This document shows, one piece after another, positions 8,944-17,250 of a DNA stretch of 64,000 nucleotides. The notes beneath the pieces were generated by a model. That model was not told where the DNA came from, ran no database searches, and was given only the letters and a program-made list of their open reading frames with translations. Each line of letters starts with the position of its first letter. Within the stretch, counting starts at the first letter, position 1. A program made the position numbers and the translations under genes. The stretch comes from an uncultured Gammaproteobacteria bacterium (GTDB lineage Bacteria > Patescibacteriota > Patescibacteriia > UBA1558 > 2-01-FULL-52-15): positions 32,079 through 96,078 of the forward strand of contig CAYOCJ010000001.1 in NCBI GenBank assembly GCA_964402565.1, in the 5' to 3' direction.

Positions 8944-9333
8944 TCAATCCTTTTTAGCCGATTTTCTCGAGGTTTTCTGTAATTGTTGCAAGGTATCAAG
9001 TCCCAGCATTGCACATTTCTCTCGGGCGCCAGTTACTTTGATGCCGAGTAATTTTTCTATGCTTTTTTTATCAAGCTTTTTGATGCCGGCAAAAGATTTT
9101 CCTAAAGCATATTCTCCGATCATAGAAGCTGCCGCAGTGCTTACCGCGCATCCTTCACCGCTGAACGCAAGATCAACGATCTTTCCGCCTTTAATGATGG
9201 CCTGGAACTGCACCTGATCTCCGCAGCTGATATTCGCATGGCCTGCACTATGGGTAGCGTTCTTTAAAACGCCGAAATTCCGCGGGCTGCGGTAATGGTC
9301 GAGTATTTTATGGCGATAGAGTTCTTCTGACAT
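8944..9333 (-). CDS. sufU: SUF system NifU-family scaffold/sulfur transfer protein
   Basis: ILDHYRSPRNFG, NISCGD, GEGCAVS, REKCA. Confidence 0.93.
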   Translation of the reverse strand: MSEELYRHKILDHYRSPRNFGVLKNATHSAGHANISCGDQVQFQAIIKGGKIVDLAFSGEGCAVSTAAASMIGEYALGKSFAGIKKLDKKSIEKLLGIKVTGAREKCAMLGLDTLQQLQKTSRKSAKKD

Positions 9334-10542
9334 CTAAGTGAATATTTTTTTTGCTTCTTTCAATGCAAGGACGAGTTCATCAACGTCTGCTTTCGTATTG
9401 TAACAGGCAAAACTAGCGCGAGCAGAAGCGGGAATTTTCAGGAATCGATGCAGCGGCATCGCACAATGATTGCCTGATCTGATGCAGACGCCGAATCGGT
9501 TGCAGATCTCAGCTACATCATGGGCATGTACGCCTTCGACATTAAAACTAATAATGCCATGCCGTTCTTTCGGTCCATACATTGTAACGTCTTTTATCTC
9601 TGAAAGTTTTTCATACGCGTATTCAGTAATTTCTTTCTCTGCTTTTGCAAGTTTTGTAATGCCATGGTCCATGAGAAAGTCTGCTGCTGCTCCAAGACCG
9701 ATGATGCCCGCGATATTCGGCGTTCCTGCTTCGAAGCGCGCCGGCGGACCCTGAAAGATAGTCCGCTCAGTCGATACATCGATGATCATGTCGCCGCCGG
9801 TTAGGAACGGCGGCATTTGTTCTAACAATTCTTTTTTTCCATACAGTATGCCGATGCCGGTCGGGCCGTACATTTTGTGTCCTGAGGCAACGAGAAAATC
9901 AATATTCAATTTCTGAACGTCGATCGGCACATGGGCTATGCTTTGTGCAGCATCGATGATCAATTTTGCTTTTGATCTTTTCCTGACGATGGACTCGATC
10001 TTCGCAATGTCATTTTCAACACCCAACACATTCGAGATATGCGCCACTGAGACCAGCTTGGTTTTGCGCGTGACCAGACGAGATAGTGTCGCATAGTTCA
10101 GCTCGCCGGTTTTCTGCAGGGGCACATAGGAAATTTTTATGTTCTTTCGTTTTGCTAATTCCTGCCATGGCACGACATTGGCATGATGCTCCATCATGGT
10201 GAGTAAAACGCCATCGCCCTTTTTGAGAAATTTTTCCGCCCAGGTATAGGTTAAGAGATTAATCGACATGGTGGTGCCCGAGGTGAAAATTATTTCACCG
10301 CTTTCGCGCGCATTGAGAAGCTTTCGCATCTTTTCTCGCGTTGCATCGCATGCATCAGTTGCGCGCTGGCTCAGCGTGTACATGCCGCGATGGATATTCG
10401 CGTTATACATCGTGTAGTAATCGCATTCTGCCTGGATCACTGAACGCGGCTTCTGAGTCGTTGCGCCATTATCGATATAGACCAGCCGTTTTTTGCCGGG
10501 CATTTTTTTTAATATGGGAAAATCCGCGATATAGGGATTCAT
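9334..10542 (-). CDS. sufS: Cysteine desulfurase SufS
   Basis: YIDNGATTQKP, SGHKMYGPTG, RSGNHCA. Confidence 0.96.
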   Translation of the reverse strand: MNPYIADFPILKKMPGKKRLVYIDNGATTQKPRSVIQAECDYYTMYNANIHRGMYTLSQRATDACDATREKMRKLLNARESGEIIFTSGTTMSINLLTYTWAEKFLKKGDGVLLTMMEHHANVVPWQELAKRKNIKISYVPLQKTGELNYATLSRLVTRKTKLVSVAHISNVLGVENDIAKIESIVRKRSKAKLIIDAAQSIAHVPIDVQKLNIDFLVASGHKMYGPTGIGILYGKKELLEQMPPFLTGGDMIIDVSTERTIFQGPPARFEAGTPNIAGIIGLGAAADFLMDHGITKLAKAEKEITEYAYEKLSEIKDVTMYGPKERHGIISFNVEGVHAHDVAEICNRFGVCIRSGNHCAMPLHRFLKIPASARASFACYNTKADVDELVLALKEAKKIFT

Positions 10543-10546
10543 AGCA

Positions 10547-11236
10547 TTATGCTTTTTTCACCAGCACCCAGTTGTTCATATACATAAAGGGAATTGAAAT
10601 GACGCCGACGACCCATTTGACCGTTGCCTGCCCGATCATGAGCGGAAGGAGCGGCATGGTGCCGCCGAATGCAATGGCGATAAAAATGACAGTATCGACG
10701 GTAAGCGAGGGAATAGAGCTGAATACATTTCGCGCCCATAGATGCTTGTCATGAGTCGCTTTCTTGAACCAGGCAAAAATATACGCATCCATATTTTCTG
10801 AAACGAGGAATGCGATCCAGCTTGCGATCGTGATGCGCGGTATCGAAGAGAAGATCATTGACCACGCGCTTTGCAATGTCCAGAATGAGGCGGGCTGCAT
10901 CTGCACGCTGAGCCAGAAAAAAAGCGATGTGGCCACTTGCGAGACAAAAGCAAGTACGATCATTTGCTGTGTTGCCTGGCGTCCGAATTTTTCGTTCACA
11001 ATATCAGTCAGCAAAAATGTTATCGAGAAAATGATAACGCCGCTGGGACCTACGAAGGTGGCAAAACCAAAATCAAATGCAGCGATCTTGACTGCAAGGA
11101 TCTGAGCAATAAGAATGAATGTTACATAGAGCGCGATCAGCAGGTCCGGTTTTTCATATTTTCGTGCATAGAGGCTGCCGAGCAAGGTAAAGCATGCTAC
11201 GCCGCAGATCCAAATGAGGAGCAAGGTTGGGCTCAT
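10547..11236 (-). CDS. Queuosine precursor transporter (VUT/YhhQ family)
   Basis: FLLTDIVNEKFG, PRITIASWIAFLVS, LWARN..S, DTVIF. Confidence 0.88.
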   Translation of the reverse strand: MSPTLLLIWICGVACFTLLGSLYARKYEKPDLLIALYVTFILIAQILAVKIAAFDFGFATFVGPSGVIIFSITFLLTDIVNEKFGRQATQQMIVLAFVSQVATSLFFWLSVQMQPASFWTLQSAWSMIFSSIPRITIASWIAFLVSENMDAYIFAWFKKATHDKHLWARNVFSSIPSLTVDTVIFIAIAFGGTMPLLPLMIGQATVKWVVGVISIPFMYMNNWVLVKKA

Positions 11237-11239
11237 GTT

Positions 11240-11908
11240 TTATGTTTGTTCGATTAAACTAGAAAGTTTTTTTCTCAAAGCTCTCTCTAGGATACCACGT
11301 TCATGCCCGTCAGGTAAGTGAGCCAGCTGTGAGACAATAAATGCATCGAGAAGTAAAGCGATGCTGTCAGATTTTCTGAAGCCGCGCGTTTGCAGATAAA
11401 ATAATTCTTCTTCAGAAAGACGGGCGATAGTCGCTGCATGTGAAGCTTTCACATCGTCAGCTTCAATTTCTAAATTTGGTATAGTCTCGGCTTTAGCCAA
11501 TGGAGAAAGTATAAGCACGCGTTCTTCGAGTCGCGCATCTGACTGCTGTGCTTTTTTCAAAATATGGATGGTGCCGTTCAATTTTCCGCGCGATGCATTG
11601 CCAAAGACGCCGCGGAGGATGATGCGGGACGTTGATCGTGGCTTTTGGTGTTCAGCAATGATATTCGCGATCAAATCATCTTTGCCTCCTCCAAGAACAA
11701 TGCCATGCACCATGACGGTGCTTCCGGCAGCAAGTTTGAAATGCACGGTTCTTTCTTTTGCCCTTGATAGCCCCAAGGCCATGATATAGATCACGCCTAT
11801 ATTTGGAGCTATAGAAATGGTGCTTTTTTTCAGTGGCGATTTCCAGTCCAGCAAGACCGATTGTTTAGCCACTTTGAGGCTTTTTGTCCTCACTGAGGTA
11901 ATAAGCAT
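11240..11908 (-). CDS. sufD: Short SufD-family protein
   Basis: IPNLEIEADDVKASHAATI, LFYLQTRG; N-terminally reduced. Confidence 0.88.
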   Translation of the reverse strand: MLITSVRTKSLKVAKQSVLLDWKSPLKKSTISIAPNIGVIYIMALGLSRAKERTVHFKLAAGSTVMVHGIVLGGGKDDLIANIIAEHQKPRSTSRIILRGVFGNASRGKLNGTIHILKKAQQSDARLEERVLILSPLAKAETIPNLEIEADDVKASHAATIARLSEEELFYLQTRGFRKSDSIALLLDAFIVSQLAHLPDGHERGILERALRKKLSSLIEQT

Positions 11909-11937
11909 CTTTATAGTGTATATCATTAAGGCTAATA

Positions 11938-12002
11938 TTGACAAAAATGGCTAAATATAGTATATTCCTCGGTTCTCGTTTTTTGAAAAATCGTGTGGTT
12001 TT
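11938..12002 (+). promoter_or_regulatory. Promoter + boxA-like motif + 20-nt leader repeat of island unit 1
   Basis: TTGACA-17-TATATT (11938-11966); CGTTTTTTGAAA 11977-11988; TTGAAAAATCGTGTGGTTTT 11983-12002 is identical to 13031-13050. Confidence 0.75.
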
Positions 12003-12162
12003 AGCCGCAGAGATTAGCGCTTTTTAACCAAATTGGAGCCGATATACAGCAATAGGCCAAAATGGTTGAGTTTTGATTTCTGCGGCTATAGAAAAGATTG
12101 TAGATTGCTCGGGCATTGTGCCTTGCAATTACGGACAAGTGTAAGCCGCGTTGGAGGCAGCG

Positions 12163-12693
12163 ATGCCACAGAATAACAAGCAAGAGTATGAGGTACTTTT
12201 CAAGTTCTTCAGATTTTGGTTGGACATCTTCGATCGAGTCCGCAAGGGCTCGCTCGACCCCAGCGCTGTCGTGAAGGCAATACAGCCTCTTCTCGCTGCT
12301 CGGTACCAGACAGTGCCGGAGGCTCGTCTCGCAGCTACGCCGGTCATGTACGAAGAAGACGTCTGCATCATTCAGCTGAATGGCAAGATGACCTTGGATA
12401 CGGAAATAGTGTTCAACGACGCTATTGCGTATGCCTTGGTGCGAATCGAGTGCAAGAAGATCCTGCTTGACATGTCGGAGCTCTCTTATGTCGACAGCAC
12501 TGGTATCGGTGCTTTGGTAGTAGCTCACAAGAAAGCTCGCGATCTCAGTGCTGTGATCAAGTTGCTGAATCCAATCGGCAAAGTTGAGGACCTACTTCAG
12601 CTGACCAAACTCGTCGAAGTATTTCCGGTCTTCAAGGACCAAGCTGCGGCGCTCAAGTCGTTTAAAATACCCAATGTCCGTACGGACGCGTGA
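12163..12693 (+). CDS. STAS-domain anti-sigma factor antagonist with N-terminal extension
   Basis: KILLDMSELSYVDSTGIGALV...KLLNP..KVEDLLQLTKL..VF; SD GGAGG. Confidence 0.9.
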   Translation: MPQNNKQEYEVLFKFFRFWLDIFDRVRKGSLDPSAVVKAIQPLLAARYQTVPEARLAATPVMYEEDVCIIQLNGKMTLDTEIVFNDAIAYALVRIECKKILLDMSELSYVDSTGIGALVVAHKKARDLSAVIKLLNPIGKVEDLLQLTKLVEVFPVFKDQAAALKSFKIPNVRTDA

Positions 12694-12704
12694 AGGAGAG
12701 ATCA

Positions 12705-12923
12705 ATGCCTGAGATCAGAAGTCCGCATTGGAACGAGAAGGATGGTGTCTGCGAGAAGCATCTGCTTCCGCAGCTCCCGTGTCTGTCGTGTTTTGCCGAT
12801 CAAGACCCTGCCGTGGAGGTTCACTTCACGGAAATGGATCTCATCGTCGCCGAGGCCGAAGAGATCCCGCTGAGCAATCTGTTGCCGGTGGGTCAGGAGT
12901 GGCTGCTCAAGAACGTTGTCTGA
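12705..12923 (+). CDS. Small putative zinc-binding protein
   Basis: CEKH...PCLSC; SD AAGGAG. Confidence 0.7.
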   Translation: MPEIRSPHWNEKDGVCEKHLLPQLPCLSCFADQDPAVEVHFTEMDLIVAEAEEIPLSNLLPVGQEWLLKNVV

Positions 12924-12944
12924 AGTTCCACACGAAAAGAATTG

Positions 12945-12988
12945 CCTAAGTGCGGTCGCGTAAACGCGGCCGCACTTAGGACTCTTTC
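12945..12988 (+). terminator. Intrinsic terminator-like hairpin
   Basis: CCTAAGTGCGGTCGCG/CGCGGCCGCACTTAGG followed by ACTCTTT. Confidence 0.75.
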
Positions 12989-13081
12989 CTAGTCTCCCAC
13001 TGTTGTTGTGTGAGATTGAGAATTGGTTCATTGAAAAATCGTGTGGTTTTTCATTTCTCGCGGCAACGCGTGGAGATAGTC

Positions 13082-13438
13082 ATGCACATCCAAGCGATCG
13101 TTTTGATGCTGACTGGCTTCAGTATTCTGGGCAGCCTGGTAAATTATTTTTCCCTGCGGTCGCTGCGTCTCAGGGCCGGCAAGATCGGGAATGCTTCGCC
13201 GCCCATACCTCTCGCCGAGCGGCGTGTGCTGATTTTGAAGATGGCCGAACGCTTCTTCATCATTCCGGCGGTCTATAATGTGATCGTTGGCGTGATCGCT
13301 GCGCTGGCAATGACGCGCTACGATTCGATCTCAGGCGCGCTGCTACGCATCTGTGCCGGATTCGCGCTTTTCATGACCTTGATGATGATCTGGGGCTACT
13401 GGCAGCTTCGGGTTGCTTGCAAGCCGGATGAAAGCTGA
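13082..13438 (+). CDS. Hypothetical membrane protein
   Basis: About 3 TMs; SD GGAG before MHIQ. Confidence 0.65.
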   Translation: MHIQAIVLMLTGFSILGSLVNYFSLRSLRLRAGKIGNASPPIPLAERRVLILKMAERFFIIPAVYNVIVGVIAALAMTRYDSISGALLRICAGFALFMTLMMIWGYWQLRVACKPDES

Positions 13439-13445
13439 AAGGAGC

Positions 13446-13814
13446 ATGATGCCAACCGAACACCATCCGCTGCAATCGGCGATCCTCGTCCTTTGCATGC
13501 TTTCGTGGTTCACGATGGCGATAACGAATTGGATCATCACGACCTACCTTGATCTGGTGAGGAATGGTGATCTGACCATGCCGTTCGAAAAGTATCGAAT
13601 GACACGGATCGCCATGGTTCAGAATCTGTCGATCGCAGCCGCGGGGATCAACGTCGTGGTGGCTTTGCTTTCGATTTTCGCGTGCATCTTTCGCGAATAC
13701 CCCCTGGTTTCGCCAGCACCAATTGTCGCGGCCATAAGCCTTTGCGCCATGGCGGCGCAAAGGTACTTCATACGATGGGCTTTCAATCGGAATCCACGGA
13801 GGACGACATCGTGA
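13446..13814 (+). CDS. Hypothetical membrane protein
   Basis: About 3 TMs; SD AAGGAG (start 13446 or 13449). Confidence 0.65.
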   Translation: MMPTEHHPLQSAILVLCMLSWFTMAITNWIITTYLDLVRNGDLTMPFEKYRMTRIAMVQNLSIAAAGINVVVALLSIFACIFREYPLVSPAPIVAAISLCAMAAQRYFIRWAFNRNPRRTTS

Positions 13815-13872
13815 GATCCATGAAACAAATGCTCAAGTTCATCTACTCGATGGAGTGAGAAGGAGATGATCC

Positions 13873-14100
13873 ATGTCTAAGCCGAGAGTGTTCAAAGTCT
13901 CCCGTAAAACATTTGAGATCATGCACGGCATTTGCTTGAATTGCGGGCAAACGCATTTGGGCAATGACAAGCTGGACGAAAGCCGCTTGGACTGCCTGAA
14001 ATGCGGCGCTCGTGCCGTTCGTGCTTTGCCTGAGGCTCTGCGCATGGGCCGCGTGAAGATCGTGGAACAGGAACCGGAATCCGAACTCACCGAAGATTAA
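13873..14100 (+). CDS. Small zinc-ribbon protein
   Basis: CLNC...CLKC; SD AAGGAG. Confidence 0.75.
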   Translation: MSKPRVFKVSRKTFEIMHGICLNCGQTHLGNDKLDESRLDCLKCGARAVRALPEALRMGRVKIVEQEPESELTED

Positions 14101-14111
14101 AGGAGGCGCCG

Positions 14112-14264
14112 ATGAGAAAATTCTTTTTTGCGATCGTTGCAGCCCTCAGTAAGGCTCTCCGGCAATTGCCTGTTCGCCAGAATCACGCGGTTGCCGCAGT
14201 CGGCGACCTCCCTGAGGACGATGTCTACAACTCCGACATGGAGCAACACAAGTTCGGGGTGTGA
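14112..14264 (+). CDS. 50-aa peptide MRKFFFAIVAALSKALRQLPVRQNHAVAAVGDLPEDDVYNSDMEQHKFGV (not in ORF track)
   Basis: Read manually; AAGGAGG directly upstream; fills the gap before the terminator. Confidence 0.65.
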   Translation: MRKFFFAIVAALSKALRQLPVRQNHAVAAVGDLPEDDVYNSDMEQHKFGV

Positions 14265-14309
14265 TCGATCACTGAGCACCAGGTTGAGGCCTGAACCACA
14301 CGAAAAAGA

Positions 14310-14353
14310 GTCCGGAGCGCGCAGCTATGCCGCGCGCTCCGGACCCACTCTTT
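14310..14353 (+). terminator. Intrinsic terminator-like hairpin
   Basis: GTCCGGAGCGCGC/GCGCGCTCCGGAC followed by CCACTCTTT. Confidence 0.75.
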
Positions 14354-14398
14354 GTCCATCATCTTTGCGGAAACGCAAAAATGGTGTACAGAGATATG

Positions 14399-14410
14399 GG
14401 TTCTTTGACA
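14399..14410 (+). promoter_or_regulatory. boxA-like motif heading island unit 3
   Basis: GGTTCTTTGACA, close to the rrn boxA consensus. Confidence 0.6.
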
Positions 14411-14472
14411 AACCTGGCGCAAGCCAGCTTTCCTACCCGGACGGGTAATGGGCGGATGCCCAAGGAGGGATC

Positions 14473-14928
14473 GTGCTCGATCGTTTCTTGTCTCAAAGTG
14501 ATCGGAACGCCAAAGCGCAGCTCAGGCTCTTCACGGAGTTCTGGTGGCTGTGGGCGATCAAACAACATTGGCGGCTGGGTTTCGATACCATGATGGTGTC
14601 GAATACTCAGAACGGCTTGTTCAGCGCTCTTTTGGGTACGTCAGATCCGACGACCGAGTTGTGGATCGTGAAGCGCCTCATGGATGCCATGGGCGTGGAA
14701 CGAGTTCCGTACAAACACGGCAAAACGGTCGGCGAGATGCTCTACGCATCTCTTGCCTCCACAGCACCAGGAGCCAAGGTGCTGTACGTGGTTGCGTGCT
14801 CTCCCTCGCGCCCTGAGGGAGCCAAAACCTATGTCATCTACCGTCCGAAAGAAGGCTCAGACGCTTTGGTCGAGGATCTCTTCGACTACCAACTGTCCCG
14901 CGAACGCGCGCACGAGGTGACCCAATGA
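14473..14928 (+). CDS. Hypothetical protein
   Basis: GTG start after AAGGAGGG; stop overlaps the next start. Confidence 0.7.
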   Translation: MLDRFLSQSDRNAKAQLRLFTEFWWLWAIKQHWRLGFDTMMVSNTQNGLFSALLGTSDPTTELWIVKRLMDAMGVERVPYKHGKTVGEMLYASLASTAPGAKVLYVVACSPSRPEGAKTYVIYRPKEGSDALVEDLFDYQLSRERAHEVTQ

Positions 14929-15353
14929 AAATGACGTACAAGAAAGTGAATAACATCGCCATTCTGAAGATCGAGGGCGACGTCATTATCGGCGTTGCGC
15001 CCAGACTCGACGTTCTCGGCGCTCTCCGTAGCAAGATGAGCGACTTCATCAACGGCGGTGTGAAAGCCGTGCTGTTGAATGTCAGCGAGCTTGGTACAGC
15101 CGATTCGGCATTCCTGGGCGAGGTTGCAGGTTCGCTCAGCATGTGCCAGAAGCAAGGTGTCGGGTTCGGACTCGTAGCCCCTGCGGGTCCCTTTGCCAGA
15201 CTCATCGACACTACCAGGTTCGTGACTCTTCTTCCTGTCTTTAAGGATGACGAAGAGGGGCTCGCGAGCTATGCGCTGCTCCCCGACAAGCAAGGCTCAT
15301 TCGGCCCGAGTGGCGACACGGATCCGGACGGATTTCACCATCTCGACGGTTAG
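14925..15353 (+). CDS. STAS-domain anti-sigma factor antagonist
   Basis: IAILKIEGDV, AVLLNVSELGTADSAFLGEV, LPVFKDDEEGLAS. Confidence 0.85.
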   Translation: MKMTYKKVNNIAILKIEGDVIIGVAPRLDVLGALRSKMSDFINGGVKAVLLNVSELGTADSAFLGEVAGSLSMCQKQGVGFGLVAPAGPFARLIDTTRFVTLLPVFKDDEEGLASYALLPDKQGSFGPSGDTDPDGFHHLDG

Positions 15354-15361
15354 GAGGAGGC

Positions 15362-15811
15362 ATGTCGCGCGGAACCAAGTCACAGAAAGGCGCCCCGACC
15401 GTGGCAGGTGAGCTGGATCAGATGCATCAGGGCTTCGAAGAAGACGACAAGGAGCTGAACGCTCTTTTCTTCGATCTTTGCGCTGATGAGAATGACTTTC
15501 CTCTTCGCGACGAGCCTGCGCATCGCAATGACCCAGGCAGTTGTTACGATGACGACTACGATTTTCCGGGCATCGAGGTCTTGCCTCGAGAGACGGAATC
15601 GCCGACGAATGAAGTGCCCGAGGTACGCGAATCTCTTTCGGGAGGAGGTGCTCCACCGAGCACCCCGTATTCTCGTTGGCGCGCGCTGAGGCTCGTGTTG
15701 TTCGTCTTCGTGCTTGACTGCTGGATCATCTGCAGCATCTTTTTCAACAACATGGCAGCGTTGCTCGGCATCGAAGGGTACACGCGTCAGCCGTATCGTT
15801 GGCCGGATTAG
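15362..15811 (+). CDS. Hypothetical acidic protein with C-terminal TM
   Basis: SD AGGAGGAGG; acidic N-terminal region, hydrophobic C-terminal helix. Confidence 0.65.
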   Translation: MSRGTKSQKGAPTVAGELDQMHQGFEEDDKELNALFFDLCADENDFPLRDEPAHRNDPGSCYDDDYDFPGIEVLPRETESPTNEVPEVRESLSGGGAPPSTPYSRWRALRLVLFVFVLDCWIICSIFFNNMAALLGIEGYTRQPYRWPD

Positions 15812-15819
15812 GGAGCTAC

Positions 15820-16251
15820 ATGAAAAAACTCACCCTGATCTTGCCATTGGCTTTGCTGCTGGTCTTGCTAGCAGTTCCTTCGACGGCGATCACCGATCGC
15901 GCTGCTTTCTCAGCTGTGTTCGGTCTGAGTCCCCGAGGGTCTGATCGCGAGGTTGCGCAGCTTGCAGTGGACCTGGAGTTGAGCGAACTCGCACGAACCA
16001 CCTTTGAGCTATCGCAGCAGTATGCGCGCATGCAGATCGAGCAAAGAAGCTCCAAGGACGATGAGCTGCGCGCAGGGGTGTACCGCGCCAACATTGCCCG
16101 GCTGAAAGAAGCCGTTCGGCTAGCCCAGAAATACAACTTCGAGGTCCCGGTAGAGCTCTTCGAATTCATTCAAACGCTCGAGGAGTTCAACCAAATCCTC
16201 GGAAGGTATATTCAGAGACCGCTTCCGCAATCCCAAAAGGAGGGCGCTTGA
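15820..16251 (+). CDS. Hypothetical secreted helical protein
   Basis: Signal peptide MKKLTLILPLALLLVLLAVPSTA; SD GGGAG. Confidence 0.7.
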   Translation: MKKLTLILPLALLLVLLAVPSTAITDRAAFSAVFGLSPRGSDREVAQLAVDLELSELARTTFELSQQYARMQIEQRSSKDDELRAGVYRANIARLKEAVRLAQKYNFEVPVELFEFIQTLEEFNQILGRYIQRPLPQSQKEGA

Positions 16252-16697
16252 AGTATTTCTGCATCACGAAGGCGAAGGATCTCGCACTTCCTGACCGTGC
16301 GTGCATCGCGAAGCTTCTCACCGAGTTTGCGGGCCGTCCGATCGTGTTGACAGTCAGCGAGGTGAATAGCTTCTTCCGCAGCGGGCTGTTGTTCATGGCA
16401 GAGGACACCGATCTGCCGCGCGGTGAATCCATCATCGGCGTCGGTTCGCTGGTCATCAAGAACTTGCTCACGGGCAGGTCCGCGCGGATCGAAGATGTCT
16501 TTCTCCTCGAGCAGTACCGCGGGCGCGGCATCGGACGCGAGTTAGTCCAGCACATGATCGACGAAGCGCGGAGCCTCGGCGTTCGGCACATCGACCTCAC
16601 CAGCAGGCCGGAACGGGCTGCCGCGAACAAGCTGTATGTGCAGCTCGGCTTCGAGAAAGGCGTCACCAACGTCTATCGCCTGGACCTCAGGCGTTGA
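16248..16697 (+). CDS. GNAT-family N-acetyltransferase
   Basis: IEDVFLLEQYRGRGIGREL, LTSRPERAAANKLY..LGF. Confidence 0.92.
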   Translation: MKYFCITKAKDLALPDRACIAKLLTEFAGRPIVLTVSEVNSFFRSGLLFMAEDTDLPRGESIIGVGSLVIKNLLTGRSARIEDVFLLEQYRGRGIGRELVQHMIDEARSLGVRHIDLTSRPERAAANKLYVQLGFEKGVTNVYRLDLRR

Positions 16698-16706
16698 AGG
16701 AGAGTT

Positions 16707-17003
16707 ATGACAGAAAAACGTGACAAGCGCTCTCTGTGGTGGCTGCTGAGGGTGTATTGGCTGGACGGAACTTTCGCTGACGCGCTTTCAACAGCGATGC
16801 TCGCATTCATCCTCATCACGATCTACAACGTGTGCTGGGCGATGTACTTCAATGCATTGTTCAGGGTTCTGGTGTTTCGTGAGTTGAAAGTTGCCGCTAC
16901 CATCCTCGCGCTGCTCGCTGTCTTCGGCATTCCGGCGCTTTTGAGGGCGCGGCGACAGTGGCGCCAGGACTACGATGTCTATCTGCGGCCGAAGCAGATC
17001 TAG
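16707..17003 (+). CDS. Hypothetical membrane protein
   Basis: 2 TMs; SD AAGGAG. Confidence 0.7.
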   Translation: MTEKRDKRSLWWLLRVYWLDGTFADALSTAMLAFILITIYNVCWAMYFNALFRVLVFRELKVAATILALLAVFGIPALLRARRQWRQDYDVYLRPKQI

Positions 17004-17193
17004 ATGACCGACATGAGGAGCTACGCGGAAGGCTTTCCGTAGCCGACCGAAAGACCTTCAGAGGAAGCGAACACGTGTGACGCTTCTAACCGAAGGGTGT
17101 TCCTTTGATCACACGTATAAAAAGGAGATATGCCTTGAGGCAGAACGTATCGCTGATGCGGTGCTGTCGATCGGGCTTCTCGTAAACTGAAAC

Positions 17194-17250
17194 GACCTCG
17201 ATTCAAACTCTATCGAAACCGATAGGGGGCGAATCGAGGTCTTTTGCTTT
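17194..17250 (+). terminator. Long terminator hairpin closing the island
   Basis: GACCTCGATTC/GAATCGAGGTC followed by TTTTGCTTT. Confidence 0.75.

Noticed and set aside
17150-17200. Hammerhead ribozyme
   Set aside because: CTGATGC instead of CTGANGA, and the required stems do not form
11938-17250. Prophage
   Set aside because: No integrase, terminase, capsid, tail or replication genes and no att repeats visible
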